This document shows positions 36,043 to 48,388 of a stretch of 64,000 bases of DNA, piece after piece; the first letter of the stretch is position 1, and every line of letters begins with the position of its first letter. The notes under the pieces are model-generated. The model had not been told where the DNA came from and searched no databases. It saw nothing but the letters and a program-made list of their open reading frames with translations. The position numbers were made by a program, and so were the translations under genes. Origin of the DNA: Candidatus Latescibacterota bacterium (GTDB lineage: Bacteria; Latescibacterota; UBA2968; GCA-2709665); NCBI GenBank assembly GCA_965205485.1, contig OZ242180.1, positions 3,232,001 to 3,296,000 on the forward strand, written 5' to 3'.

Positions 36043-37527
36043 GTGGGGAATCTCGTGACTCAGGATGAACAGAAACAGCGATTTCCGGAACTGGCGCCTG
36101 AGTTGAGCTCGCGGCGGGCGATGGACTTCCTGAAGTTCTTCGGGCCCGGAGCCGTGATCGCGTCGGTGACGATCGGGAGTGGGGAGACGGTGTGGGCGTC
36201 GCGCAGCGGGGCGATTTTCGGCTATGCGATGTTCTGGGCGTTCAGTCTCTTCTGTCTCACGAAGGGGGTGCAGGTCTACACCGCGGCGCGGTACATGACG
36301 CTCACCGGCGAACATCCGATGGAGCGGTGGGCAGCCTTGCCCGGTCCGCGCGGGCTGTTTCCGGGCATCATCGGCGTGGTGGTTATGGTGGCATTTCCAT
36401 TCTATCTGGCTAGCCTCCCGATCATGCTCGGCACGATCACGTCGTGGGTGCTGTTCGGTGACCCGGGGTTGTACCCCCACGCCATCGCGATCGCGTTCAT
36501 CGTACTGCTTGCGGCGTTGACCCTGATGCAGAGTTACGGGTTTCTGGAACGCGTTCAGTTGACGCTCGTCGGCTCAATGCTGGTGGTCATGCTGATCGCG
36601 ACGATTGCCGTCAATCCGGACTGGCTGTCTGTACTTGCCGGCGCGATAACGCCTGCCCTGCCGGATTACCCTCAGTGGGTCAAGTCGAACCCGGCATTTG
36701 CCGACCGTACGCTGATCGTGGAGATGGTCGCGTATATGGGCGTCATGGGCGGTGGCGTACAGGATTACGTGGGCTATCTGGGCATGTTGAGAGAAAAGGC
36801 ATGGGGTTTGATCGGCAGGGCGACGGGTGGAAGCCGGAGGCCGGCGCCGGCCGACGACGAGAGCAACGTGCAACTGGGGCTCAGGTGGTTGAAGGCCCCA
36901 CTCATCGACTGTACGGTATCCTTCGGCAGTGTGCTGGTGTTCACCGCGACGTTTCTCATCCTCGGGGCAACGCTGCTGCATACGAACCGGATCGTCCCGT
37001 CCGGAATGGATCTCTACAACTACCAGGTGGTTTTCCTCACGCAGCTTCATCCGGGCCGGACGGCGCAACTCCTCCTGTCGGCGCTTTACAAGGCCGGTGT
37101 TTTCTTCGCGATATTCGGTACGGTCTACGGCGCGTTCGAACTTTACGTGAGGACCGCGCACGAATGCGTTCGTTCCACACGGCCGCAGTGGCGGGACCTC
37201 ACCCTGGGCAGGATGCGACTGTGGACGCTTGGCTATTCGGGCGTCGCGGCAATAGGGCTCGTGATCTACGCCTGGTGGACGGCAACCCAGGATCCCCGCG
37301 GCGTGGGATGGAACCCGATTTCAATGATGACCATCCCGCTCCACGTCACCGGGGTCCTGCTGGCCGGGCCATGGTGCTTTGCCATGGTATGGACGGATCG
37401 CAGATACCTTCCCCGACCGTTCAGGATGGGTCACGTGCTCGTCACGCTCAATATTCTGTGCGGCATCGTGTTCACGTACTTTGGCGTCCTGGCCGTTATC
37501 GAGGATTTCAAACCGTTCTTCCGGTAA
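36043..37527 (+). CDS. Nramp/MntH-like membrane transporter
   Basis: FFGPGAVIASVTIGSGE, ARY...TGE, many transmembrane segments; start uncertain. Confidence 0.75.
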   Translation: MGNLVTQDEQKQRFPELAPELSSRRAMDFLKFFGPGAVIASVTIGSGETVWASRSGAIFGYAMFWAFSLFCLTKGVQVYTAARYMTLTGEHPMERWAALPGPRGLFPGIIGVVVMVAFPFYLASLPIMLGTITSWVLFGDPGLYPHAIAIAFIVLLAALTLMQSYGFLERVQLTLVGSMLVVMLIATIAVNPDWLSVLAGAITPALPDYPQWVKSNPAFADRTLIVEMVAYMGVMGGGVQDYVGYLGMLREKAWGLIGRATGGSRRPAPADDESNVQLGLRWLKAPLIDCTVSFGSVLVFTATFLILGATLLHTNRIVPSGMDLYNYQVVFLTQLHPGRTAQLLLSALYKAGVFFAIFGTVYGAFELYVRTAHECVRSTRPQWRDLTLGRMRLWTLGYSGVAAIGLVIYAWWTATQDPRGVGWNPISMMTIPLHVTGVLLAGPWCFAMVWTDRRYLPRPFRMGHVLVTLNILCGIVFTYFGVLAVIEDFKPFFR

Positions 37528-37586
37528 CGGCGCGTACGCGGGACGACCCCACTCTCACGTCAGATGACATCCGTTGTCCATCCGCC

Positions 37587-39773
37587 ATGAAGTCCAATTC
37601 CGAGACCGGGAGTGGCCCGGCCGGGTTCATACTGAGGGACGTCTGTCTTGCCGGAATGGCCCTTGCGCTCGTTGCGACGGCTGTCCTGGCACTGCCGGGC
37701 CGGCTGGGCAGAGGCGAGCGGCTGGATCGGCTGGGGCGGGCTGAGGCCCTGATCGCCCGTACCGCGTACCGGAACGCGTTGCAGATGCTGTCCGGAATGG
37801 AACTGACCGGAATGGACGACTGGGCGGCTCGCAGGGCGCGGCTTCAGCGGGCGCTGTGTCTGAAGGCGCTCGGGCGCTTTGAAGACGCACTGACCGGATT
37901 TCGCGCCGTGGAGACGGCGTCCGAGTCCATTCGCGACTACATGGATTTCTGGCTGGCAGAATGCCACCGGGAGCTCGGACGGCCCGACAGCGCACTGGTG
38001 TATTATACGCGGGTTGTCGATGCGCGGCCATCGGGTCGCCTGTTGGAAGACGCGGCGCTCCTGGCGGCCGGACTTCATTTGCAGGCGGGAGACGCGCCGG
38101 CGGCCGCGCTGATGTACCGCCGGTTGCCCGACGGAAGCGAGCAGAAGGTGAGGGCGCTGGCGGGCCTTGCAACCGCGCTGGACGTTTCCGGAGATCCCGC
38201 GGAGGCGCGGCGAATCCGGCTGCGCGTGGTGCGCGACCACCCGGAGTCGCCGGAGTCGCTGGCCGCGCTGGATTCGTTGGGGCGGTTGAATACGGTGCAG
38301 GAACGGTTTAACGGGGCGATCGCGTACTCGAGCCATGGACGTTTTCAGGAAGCCGTGCGACTGTTCCGTCAAATCGTCAGGGAGTCCGGTCAGGCCGGCT
38401 GGCGGGGTCGGGCGCAACACGAACTGGGGCTTGCACACTTCAGACAAAGGGAATACCGAACGGCGCAACGGGCGTTTCAGGATGCCCATCGGCGGTTTCG
38501 GGTGCCTGAGGCGCTATTCTATCTGGGGCGCTGTTCCGTAAAGCTGGGGCGTGATATCAAGGCGGCCGGACAGTTCCAATCCTTCGCACGCCGGTATCCC
38601 GCGACCCCCGGGGCTGCGGAAGCGCTCTGGCAGGCGGCAATGGCCTATGAGCGGCGGGGGAGGCGCGCAAAGGCGCGCGAGGTGTTTCTGCATCTTTCTG
38701 CCCGATACCCCAAAAGCGGTCTCGCGGACCGCGCCAGGTGGCGGGCGGGCTATGCGCTCTACCGTCTGGGGCGGTTCGAAGAGGCGGCGCGGGTCTTTGT
38801 GCAGCTGGCGGACCGGACGTCGGAAAACTACATGCGGGACCAGGGCGCCTACTGGGCCGGCAAGGCCTATGGGCGAGCCGGTCGTCCTGAGACGGGCGCC
38901 AGATGGCTGCGGCGTGCGGCAGCGGGTTTTCCAACCTCGTACTATGCTTCCCGGGCGCGCGCGATTCTGAAGTTGAAGGACCGCGCGCATCAACCGGTTC
39001 CGGCATCTCCGGGCGCGCGCAAGCGGCTGCCGATGTATGTACCGTCGCCGTTTCTGTTGAAAGGAGACAGGCTGGCGGACCTGGGGCTTTACGAGGAATC
39101 CGAACAGGAATACAGACTCGCGGGTTGGGCACACAGAAACGAGATACACGCTCTGGGTGAGCTGCAGCGGCGATTCGAACGTATCGGCGCCATGAACCAG
39201 GCGTTCCGGATCTCCGGCCGGATCGTCAATCTGGAACGCGAACGGGGAACACCGGTTTCACTCGCTTCGTTTCGCAGACTGTACCCGATCTACTACTGGG
39301 GCGAAATAAGCCGGGCCGCCCGGGGCCTCGGATTGGACCCCAACCTTGTTCTCGCGATCATACGCCAGGAAAGCGCATTCGATGAAATGGCGTTGTCCAG
39401 AGCGGGCGCCCGCGGGTTGATGCAGGTGATGCCGGCAACGGGACGTCAGGTTGCGCGAAAACTGCGTCTCAAGGGTTTTTCTGCCGAAGACCTGTGGGAT
39501 CCGAACACGTCCATTCGGCTAGGGGCCAGTCACCTTGCCGATCACTTCAGGTATTTCAGAAACAGCAGGGACCGAAGGCTCGGCCTGGCTTTGTCGGCTT
39601 ACAACGCGGGATTGGATGCGGCGCGGAAGTGGTCCGGTCGGCTCCCGGCGAACGACGTGGACGAGTTCGTCGAGAGCATTCCGTACCGGGAAACACGCAA
39701 TTACGTCAAGCTGGTGTATCGGAATTATCAGGTTTATTCGTATCTGGAGCAGGCGACGGACGCGGGCGGATAG
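37587..39773 (+). CDS. TPR-containing soluble lytic transglycosylase (Slt-like)
   Basis: IIRQESAF, SRAGARGLMQVMPAT, AYNAG, IPYRETRNYV; N-terminal TM segment and TPRs; start set near 37587. Confidence 0.88.
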   Translation: MKSNSETGSGPAGFILRDVCLAGMALALVATAVLALPGRLGRGERLDRLGRAEALIARTAYRNALQMLSGMELTGMDDWAARRARLQRALCLKALGRFEDALTGFRAVETASESIRDYMDFWLAECHRELGRPDSALVYYTRVVDARPSGRLLEDAALLAAGLHLQAGDAPAAALMYRRLPDGSEQKVRALAGLATALDVSGDPAEARRIRLRVVRDHPESPESLAALDSLGRLNTVQERFNGAIAYSSHGRFQEAVRLFRQIVRESGQAGWRGRAQHELGLAHFRQREYRTAQRAFQDAHRRFRVPEALFYLGRCSVKLGRDIKAAGQFQSFARRYPATPGAAEALWQAAMAYERRGRRAKAREVFLHLSARYPKSGLADRARWRAGYALYRLGRFEEAARVFVQLADRTSENYMRDQGAYWAGKAYGRAGRPETGARWLRRAAAGFPTSYYASRARAILKLKDRAHQPVPASPGARKRLPMYVPSPFLLKGDRLADLGLYEESEQEYRLAGWAHRNEIHALGELQRRFERIGAMNQAFRISGRIVNLERERGTPVSLASFRRLYPIYYWGEISRAARGLGLDPNLVLAIIRQESAFDEMALSRAGARGLMQVMPATGRQVARKLRLKGFSAEDLWDPNTSIRLGASHLADHFRYFRNSRDRRLGLALSAYNAGLDAARKWSGRLPANDVDEFVESIPYRETRNYVKLVYRNYQVYSYLEQATDAGG

Positions 39774-39821
39774 CGCGCAGGGGTCGCCTGGCGCCACGCC
39801 GGAACCATCGGAGGTTACACC

Positions 39822-40037
39822 ATGTCAAAAGGCGATGAACGCCGCATCTGGGTGGCGCTGGAGGACTTGTTCATTCTGCTGTCGATATTCGCGCTCTGGC
39901 CCGTGATTCTGGGATGGGAAGGGTGGGTGTGGGAGGTGTTGAAATATCTTGCCGTGGGAGGTCTGGTCTGGATCTTCGTGCGTCGGGTGAGGCGTTACCA
40001 GCGCCGTCCGAAAGGCGATGGTTCCGGATCGGATTGA
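39822..40037 (+). CDS. small two-TM membrane protein
   Basis: 71 aa, two hydrophobic helices, GGAGG RBS. Confidence 0.65.
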   Translation: MSKGDERRIWVALEDLFILLSIFALWPVILGWEGWVWEVLKYLAVGGLVWIFVRRVRRYQRRPKGDGSGSD

Positions 40038-40086
40038 TCGACGGAACGCGCGCGGGACTCCGAATCTTCCAACCGCCATACCCGGT

Positions 40087-40677
40087 TCAGAGAAACCGGC
40101 TCAGCAACGGGAACGCGGACTGAAGGGCTTTTCCCCGGTGACTGAGCCGGTTTTTTACTTCGGGCGGCAGTTCCCCAAACGTCCGCCGTTCGCCCGAAAC
40201 CAGGAACAGGGGATCGTACCCGAATCCACCGGTTCCCCGCGGATTGCGCAGAATTCTTCCCTCGGCCGTACCCTGCGCCGTCTGAACGGTACCGTCGGGC
40301 GCGCCGACGGCAATCACGCAACGGAAACGCGCTGTACGTTGTTCGTCGGGGGTGTCTTCGAGGAGTCGGAGCAGTTTGCGGTTGTTCTGCTCGTCGGTGG
40401 CCTCTTCGCCAGCGAATCGCGCGGAATAGACTCCCGGAGCTCCGTCGAGCGCGTCCACCTCCAGGCCGGAGTCGTCGGCGAGGGACACGTGGCCCGTATG
40501 GTATGCTGCGGCAAGCGCTTTCTTGATTGCGTTGGCCTCGAACGTCCTGCCGTCCTCCACAATATCCCCGACGCCAGGGAAGTCGGCGAGAGAAAGCAGC
40601 CTGACTTCCGACCCGAGTATTTTCCGGATCTCTCTGAGCTTGCCCGGATTCTTCGTGGCGACCACGAGATACGTCAT
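40087..40677 (-). CDS. rdgB: dITP/XTP pyrophosphatase (HAM1 family)
   Basis: ATKNPGK, ADDSGL, PGVYSAR, GFGYDP, KNRLSHRGKA. Confidence 0.95.
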   Translation of the reverse strand: MTYLVVATKNPGKLREIRKILGSEVRLLSLADFPGVGDIVEDGRTFEANAIKKALAAAYHTGHVSLADDSGLEVDALDGAPGVYSARFAGEEATDEQNNRKLLRLLEDTPDEQRTARFRCVIAVGAPDGTVQTAQGTAEGRILRNPRGTGGFGYDPLFLVSGERRTFGELPPEVKNRLSHRGKALQSAFPLLSRFL

Positions 40678-40768
40678 GGGATGCCCGCAATTGAAGTTGG
40701 AGCGCGACGTAGCGGAGGTGTGAATCTCTTATTGAAGCTTCCATCCCTTCCACGGACCCGGACCCCGC

Positions 40769-41644
40769 CTATAGCTCATGTTTGTGTTGTTCCCGATAGT
40801 CCGGCGCATGGATGCGGACGATATAACACATTTCGATGAACCGCGAGTAGATCCTGCCGTCCGCCAGATCCTTCACGTTTTCGATGTCCTGGTTCGTGGT
40901 TACAATCGTGAAACGACGGTTGGCATATCTCGTATCCACCAGGTTGTAGAGCATTTCCAGTTCCCATTCCGTGTTCCGCTGTACGCCGAAGTCGTCGATG
41001 ACGAGAAACGGTACGTTGCCCAGCGTTCGCAGAAAGGCCTCCGACTTGCCGTGCATGGGGCTGTTTTCGTCAAATGCGAATCGCAACGTCTGGAAGAATG
41101 TCTTTGACAGGCTGATGAATTTGCCCGGACGGCCGGAGTGGAAGATGAGTTCGTTGAGCGCAACATAGGAAAAGTAGGTTTTGCCAACACCTGGCTTGCC
41201 CGACAGAAAATACCCTCTCAGCGGTTGATTGGCGTCTGGGCCCGCTCCGCGTTGGTGCGAGGTGTTTAACCTGCGGGCACTCTTGATCTGTGTGCGCAGT
41301 TGCCGTTTGAGGTTGGCCGCCTTTCCCTCGTAATTTTCGTCGAAATCGTCCAGAAATTTGTACCGAAACGGTCCGGGGATGCCGGAGGTCCCGATAAGCC
41401 GGCTGATCTCCTGAGCCTTCAACCGGTAGCGCCTGCACGGACACCAGGTCGGTTCGGCATCCGGCCGCTGAAAAATCTGGTACGGCGGCCTGCCTCCGCA
41501 CCTGCAGTGCTTTTCGACCCTGGGAGAGAGTCTGATTTCGCCGTGCAGCCCAGCCGTGACCCGGGGATCGTAGAAGTATCCCGGATCGTTACCGGGAAGT
41601 TCGATCCGCGGGGACGGATCAGTTCCTGGTGAGCTGTCGTTCAT
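40769..41644 (-). CDS. DnaC/IstB-like AAA+ ATPase with N-terminal Cys cluster
   Basis: CRCGG...WCPC; Walker A GKPGVGKT, Walker B LVIDDFG, TIVTTN, RIYSRF. Confidence 0.8.
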   Translation of the reverse strand: MNDSSPGTDPSPRIELPGNDPGYFYDPRVTAGLHGEIRLSPRVEKHCRCGGRPPYQIFQRPDAEPTWCPCRRYRLKAQEISRLIGTSGIPGPFRYKFLDDFDENYEGKAANLKRQLRTQIKSARRLNTSHQRGAGPDANQPLRGYFLSGKPGVGKTYFSYVALNELIFHSGRPGKFISLSKTFFQTLRFAFDENSPMHGKSEAFLRTLGNVPFLVIDDFGVQRNTEWELEMLYNLVDTRYANRRFTIVTTNQDIENVKDLADGRIYSRFIEMCYIVRIHAPDYREQHKHEL

Positions 41645-42123
41645 AAGTTCTGGTTTCGCGATCTCGTCTCTCGAATCTTGAGTTCCCGCCGCATTTCACG
41701 CTGTGCGTCGCGTTTGGCGATCTCCCGGCGCCGGTCGTATTCGCGCTTGCCCCTGGCAAGGGCGAGTTCGACCTTGGCCCTGCCGCGTTTGAAGTAGAGC
41801 TTCAGGGCGACAAGCGTCAGCCCCTTTTCTTCGGTGCGGACCCTGAGCCGGTCGATTTCGTACCTGTGCAGCAAGAGCCGTCGTTTGCGTACCGGATCGT
41901 GATTGAAGCGGTTGGCCTCGGTGTATTCGCCAATGTGGAGGTTGTGCAGGAAGACCTCGTTGCCTTCCACGCGGGCATAGCTGTCCGCCATATCGGCGTT
42001 GCCCAGGCGCAGTGATTTTACTTCCGTGCCCTTGAGTTCGACGCCGGCTTCATAGGTGTCGACTAAAGAATAGTCCCGCCTGGCTTTGCGGTTCTGCACG
42101 ACGATTTTTATGTTTTCGGGCAT
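41641..42123 (-). CDS. smpB: SsrA-binding protein
   Basis: NRKARRDY, EAGVELKGTEVKSLR, RKRRLLLH, GKREYDRR; ATG 42123. Confidence 0.96.
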   Translation of the reverse strand: MPENIKIVVQNRKARRDYSLVDTYEAGVELKGTEVKSLRLGNADMADSYARVEGNEVFLHNLHIGEYTEANRFNHDPVRKRRLLLHRYEIDRLRVRTEEKGLTLVALKLYFKRGRAKVELALARGKREYDRRREIAKRDAQREMRRELKIRETRSRNQNL

Positions 42124-42223
42124 GGGAACAGGAGGGCGACAGGTTCCGGTTCCTTGGAAGCGGACGTTGTTTGACGCCTGCCACCCGGTCTCCGGGCGAA
42201 GCATTCCGAATCGAGCGAACCGG

Positions 42224-43071
42224 TTACTCCTGCAACGGGTGGCGTTTGAGAAGGATACGGGCCAGCCGTTCGAGGGCGTCGACCTTGCTTGCGTCGTCGC
42301 GATTCCTGTAGGCGGCGCAGAGATTGAAAATCATGCGGGTGAGAATCTGCCGGTCGGACGACTGGCGCAGCATGGATGGCTCGAAAGCCACGTTGAATCG
42401 GGAAAGATATTCCGCGCATTCATTCGCCGTCAGGAGTTGACCCTTGTTGTAAGGGTCGAACAGGAACTCCATGCCGTCCGCTGTCCTGTACTTCGCGATG
42501 AAGCGTACCGGCATCCCCACACCGAAAACCGGAAGATCGAGCCGGCGCGCCAGAAAGACGTAGAGCGCAGATATCGAGATGGGAAGGCCCGTCTTCCGAT
42601 CCAGGACCCGGTTCATATAGCTGGCGGCCGGGCCGTTACTCTGCCCCCGGAATCCCTGTAATTCATGGATAAAGTGATTCAGGGTCTGGATGACCCGGAG
42701 CGGATGGTCGTCGGGCGCGATCGAAGGCGCAAGTTCCTCGGCCATCTTGTTGAGCCTGCTTCTGTATCGCTGAATGTCGAGGGCAGGATATTCGAGCCTG
42801 GCCAGGGTGAACGAAGCCGTCTCCAGATCGATGTCGCCGCCGGCTCCTTCGTGGAGATTCCGGAACTGGGTCTCCAGAGGCGGTTCCTTGAGGCACAGCA
42901 GAATCCGGCCCGCTTCCCGTTGGGCCCGCGATCCCACGGGCGCGGCAGCCAGAACCTCGCGCACGGCCGGCTCGCCCATCGTGAACAGCTTGCTTCGCAC
43001 GATATCCACGATATCGGCGTCGGGGTCGGCCAGCAGCGAGAGAATGGCCCGCACCTGTGTCGTTCCCGGTT

Positions 43072-43075
<4 letters not shown>
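42224..43075 (-). CDS. SirB1/transglutaminase-like protein
   Basis: SYMNRVLDRKTGLPISISALY, GVGMP..F, FDPYN.G. Confidence 0.8.
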
Positions 43076-44968
<1,893 letters not shown>

Positions 44969-44982
<14 letters not shown>

Positions 44983-46024
44983 TCCCGGCCCCTGACGGCA
45001 CAGTCGATCCGTCTTCCGGATTCCAATGCGCTTCGACTTCGAATCCCAGGTCCTCGATGAGTCGATGGGTCTCGGAAGTGGACTGTCCTCCGGTTGTAAG
45101 ATAACCTTCCATAAAGACGGAGTTTGCCGGATAGAGGGCCAGGGCCTGGAGGGAACCGAGCGTGAGTTCCCGCCCGCCCGCGATACGGATTTCCTTGTTC
45201 GGGTTTACAAAGCGGAACAGGCACAGAACCCTGAGGCCGTCCTGAGGCGACATCGGCTTGCGGCCGGCCAGGGGCGTGCCGTCGATGGGATGCAGGAAGT
45301 TGATGGGGATCGAATCGATGTCGAGTTCGCGGACGGCCACGGACAGGTCGACGATATCCTGCCTGGACTCTCCCATCCCGATGATTCCTCCGCAACAGGT
45401 CTCGAGGCCGGCCGCCTTGACAGCCTTGAGGGTATTCAGCCGGTCCCTGTAGGTGTGCGTGCTGACGATGTTGCCATGGTGCCCGGCGCTGGTATTGAGA
45501 TTGTGGTTGATCCGGTCCACGCCGGCCGCTTTCAACGTTCTGGCCTGTGCTTCGTCAAGCAGCCCCATGCAGCAGCAGATGTCGATGTCAACCGTTTGTT
45601 TGACTTCGCGCACGATGTCGGCAACGGTGTCCACCTCTCTGGCGGTGGGGCCTCTTCCACTGGTGACGATACAATAGCGCAGAGCCCCTCCCGCCCTGGC
45701 CTTTCTGGCGCCGTCGAGAATCTGCTCGCGAGGCAACAGCGGGTATTTCCGGATGTCCGCTGTGGACACGGCCGATTGTGAACAGTAGCCGCAATCCTCC
45801 GGACACAGACCGCTCTTGGCGTTCTGCAAGACGTGAAGGCGCACGCCGTTTCCGAAGAAGCGGCGCCGTACCCGATATGCCGCGTGGATCAGGAGGAGCA
45901 GGTCTTCGTCTGGCGTATCGAGTACCGCCAGCATTTCCTGATTGGCCAGGGGTTTGTTACGCAGCGCTTTGCGTTCGAGTATCGAGTAGTCCTTCATACG
46001 AGGATGCGCTCCCGCGGGTGTCAT
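44969..46024 (-). CDS. bioB: biotin synthase
   Basis: KSGLCPEDCGYCSQS radical SAM motif, NHNLNT, IPINFL, IRIAGGRE; start may be 45997. Confidence 0.95.
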
Positions 46025-46039
46025 GCCGGAACCGTCGTT

Positions 46040-46561
46040 CTACCGGTAGACGGCCAGACCGAGAACCGCCGTGCCGACGATGGCGACGGCCGGATGAAGA
46101 TTCAGGAAATGGATGGCGACAAAGGCGGCCAGCGCGATCAGGCCCGTGTGCCAGGAATTCACGGACTTGGGCGCCATCTGCCAGACCACGACCAGAAGCA
46201 GGCCCACAACCGCCGGCCGGACCGCCTTCAGCATTGCCTGGACTGCCGGCGCACCCTTATACGCCATGAAGAACAGACCCAGGACCATCATCAGGATGAG
46301 AGACGGAAAGACCGTCCCCAGAAGAGCGACGATCAGGCCCGGGGTCTGCGCGACCTGGTAACCGATGTAGGCGGCCATTTTCGTTGCGATAGGACCCGGA
46401 AGGGCATAGCCCATGGCGAGCGTGTCGGTGAACTCCTCAATGGTCATCCAGCCGTGCACGTCGACGACTTCCTCCTGGACCAGCGGAATCATGGAGGGGC
46501 CGCCGCCATACGCGAAGAAACCGACTTTTGTGAACGAGACAAACAGCTTGACGAGTTCCAT
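46040..46561 (-). CDS. short-chain chromate transporter (single CHR domain)
   Basis: F.KVG.FAYGGG, WMT.EEF, PGPIA, GY motifs. Confidence 0.85.
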   Translation of the reverse strand: MELVKLFVSFTKVGFFAYGGGPSMIPLVQEEVVDVHGWMTIEEFTDTLAMGYALPGPIATKMAAYIGYQVAQTPGLIVALLGTVFPSLILMMVLGLFFMAYKGAPAVQAMLKAVRPAVVGLLLVVVWQMAPKSVNSWHTGLIALAAFVAIHFLNLHPAVAIVGTAVLGLAVYR

Positions 46562-46810
46562 TACCGCCTCCGCGAGCGGACGGGACAGGTGCGAAACAGA
46601 GTTCTAAACGGCCTTGAATATAGCACATCGCCCATATTCGCACAAGGCAAATCCCGGAAAAACACGGCCCCGACCGGGGCCCGAAACCGGCGCGAAACGC
46701 GGCTGAATTTCCCCTGCCCGGTCGGCGCCGCCGCCGCCGTTTCGGTGGCCGTCGAATTGCATCTCCGCCGTGCGGCATGGAACCCCAACGGCGGGCGCAT
46801 GGTGGCGGCC

Positions 46811-46839
46811 TTGACAAGCATTGGCCTTTTTCCTATACT
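46811..46839 (+). promoter_or_regulatory. sigma70 promoter for the TPR-efp-accBC-gcvH operon
   Basis: TTGACA-17 nt-TATACT. Confidence 0.7.
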
Positions 46840-46986
46840 TCCCCCCGGTCTGGTGTTCCGCGCCGGTGATGGATTGCCCGAATTCGGCCGATCGGAAGCG
46901 GAAAAAGCAGCTGTCAGCTTTCGGCCGTCAGCTTGAATCAAAAACACAGGCAGTCAACGTCAGTGCCGTAAACAGGCAGCACCGGA

Positions 46987-47742
46987 ATGTGCGCAGCGAC
47001 GGACGCAACCCTTGCAAAGCTTGAAAGAATGTGCGGCAGGAATCCGGCGTCGATCCTGTTTGCGCGCCTCGCCGACGCGTTGCTGCGACTCGGCAACGTG
47101 GACCGCGCGGCGGAGATCTGCCGGGAGGGCCTGAGGTATCGCCCGCTGTACCCCACGGGCCATCTCGTCTTGGGCAGGTGCCACATGGCGGCCGGACGGT
47201 TGGAAGACGCCCGCCGGGAGCTTCAACATACGCTCGCGCTGGATCATGACAATCCTTCCGCATCCTGGCTGCTCGGCAAAATCGAAAGAAAGATGGGTTT
47301 CGAGGAGCGGGCGTTGCGTTACTTCAGGTACGCCCGGACCGTCGATCCGTTCAGCCGGTTGCCGGCTGCCGCGATGGACGCTGAAACTCAGGCGGAAGAC
47401 GAACCGCACTCAACGTCCAGGCCCGGCAACGAGAGGGAACGTCCGGGGCCGGATGCGACCGTCGAGGCAGACAGGGCGCCGGCGGGACGTGAGGACCTAT
47501 CCCTACTGTTGCGGGACCTTCAGGAACATCCCGGCCATGTAGAGGATCGGTCCGCAGATCCAGACACCGAAATCGCGCCGATTGCCACCTCCACGCTGGC
47601 CGAGCTGTACGCGGGTCAGGGGCTGATCGACGAGGCGGTGACTGTACTGGCGCGGGTTTGCGAACGGCAACCGGACAACAAACGCATCAAGAAACGGCTG
47701 AAGGAACTTCGGAAGATGGAAGGCGCGTGTACCGGAGGATAA
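46987..47742 (+). CDS. tetratricopeptide repeat protein
   Basis: FARLADAL..G..AAEIC..GL...P.Y TPR pattern; C-terminal TSTLAELY..QG. Confidence 0.8.
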   Translation: MCAATDATLAKLERMCGRNPASILFARLADALLRLGNVDRAAEICREGLRYRPLYPTGHLVLGRCHMAAGRLEDARRELQHTLALDHDNPSASWLLGKIERKMGFEERALRYFRYARTVDPFSRLPAAAMDAETQAEDEPHSTSRPGNERERPGPDATVEADRAPAGREDLSLLLRDLQEHPGHVEDRSADPDTEIAPIATSTLAELYAGQGLIDEAVTVLARVCERQPDNKRIKKRLKELRKMEGACTGG

Positions 47743-47751
47743 TTCCGAACC

Positions 47752-48309
47752 ATGGTCTCAACGTCCGAATTCAGAAATGGAATGGTCCTGCGTCTGGACG
47801 GCGATCTCTATTTTATGGTCGAGTTCGAGCACTTCAAACCGGGCAAGGGCGCAGCCGTCGTGCGTACCCGCCTCAAGGGCGTGAAGACGGGGGCAATGAT
47901 AGACCGGACATTTCGTTCCGGAGACAAGGTTGACGATGTCCGGCTGGAACGGCGAAAAATGCAGTATCTCTACAAGTCCGGCGATCTGTACTGTTTTATG
48001 GACAGTGAAACGTACGATCAGTACGAACTGACTCCGGAAGTGATGGGCAATGCGGTAAGATATCTGAAAGAGAACGAGATTCTGGAAATCCTGGTCGCGG
48101 AGCAAAACGCTGTGAGCGTGGCGTTGCCCATATTCGTTGAACTGGAGGTAACGGAAACCGACCCCGGGCTGCGGGGAGATACCGCCAGCGGCGGCAGCAA
48201 GCCCGCCGTGCTGGAAACGGGAGCTTCGGTCCAGGTGCCCCTGTTCGTTGAAAGGGGCGACGTTTTGAAGATAGATACCCGATCGGAGTCGTACGTCGAA
48301 CGAATCTGA
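47752..48309 (+). CDS. efp: elongation factor P
   Basis: KPGKG loop, GDTASGGSKPA.LETG...VPLF. Confidence 0.97.
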   Translation: MVSTSEFRNGMVLRLDGDLYFMVEFEHFKPGKGAAVVRTRLKGVKTGAMIDRTFRSGDKVDDVRLERRKMQYLYKSGDLYCFMDSETYDQYELTPEVMGNAVRYLKENEILEILVAEQNAVSVALPIFVELEVTETDPGLRGDTASGGSKPAVLETGASVQVPLFVERGDVLKIDTRSESYVERI

Positions 48310-48388
48310 TCGGAAACAGCCCCGGAATCATCAAGGCCGACGCGACCGTAATCCGATTTCCGCCAGTCGTTTTTTCGAAGGAGCGCGC

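Noticed and set aside
36675..37586. N-terminal 304 aa of the 1032-aa ORF
   Set aside because: Overlaps the Nramp-like gene out of frame; the real Slt protein starts near 37587.
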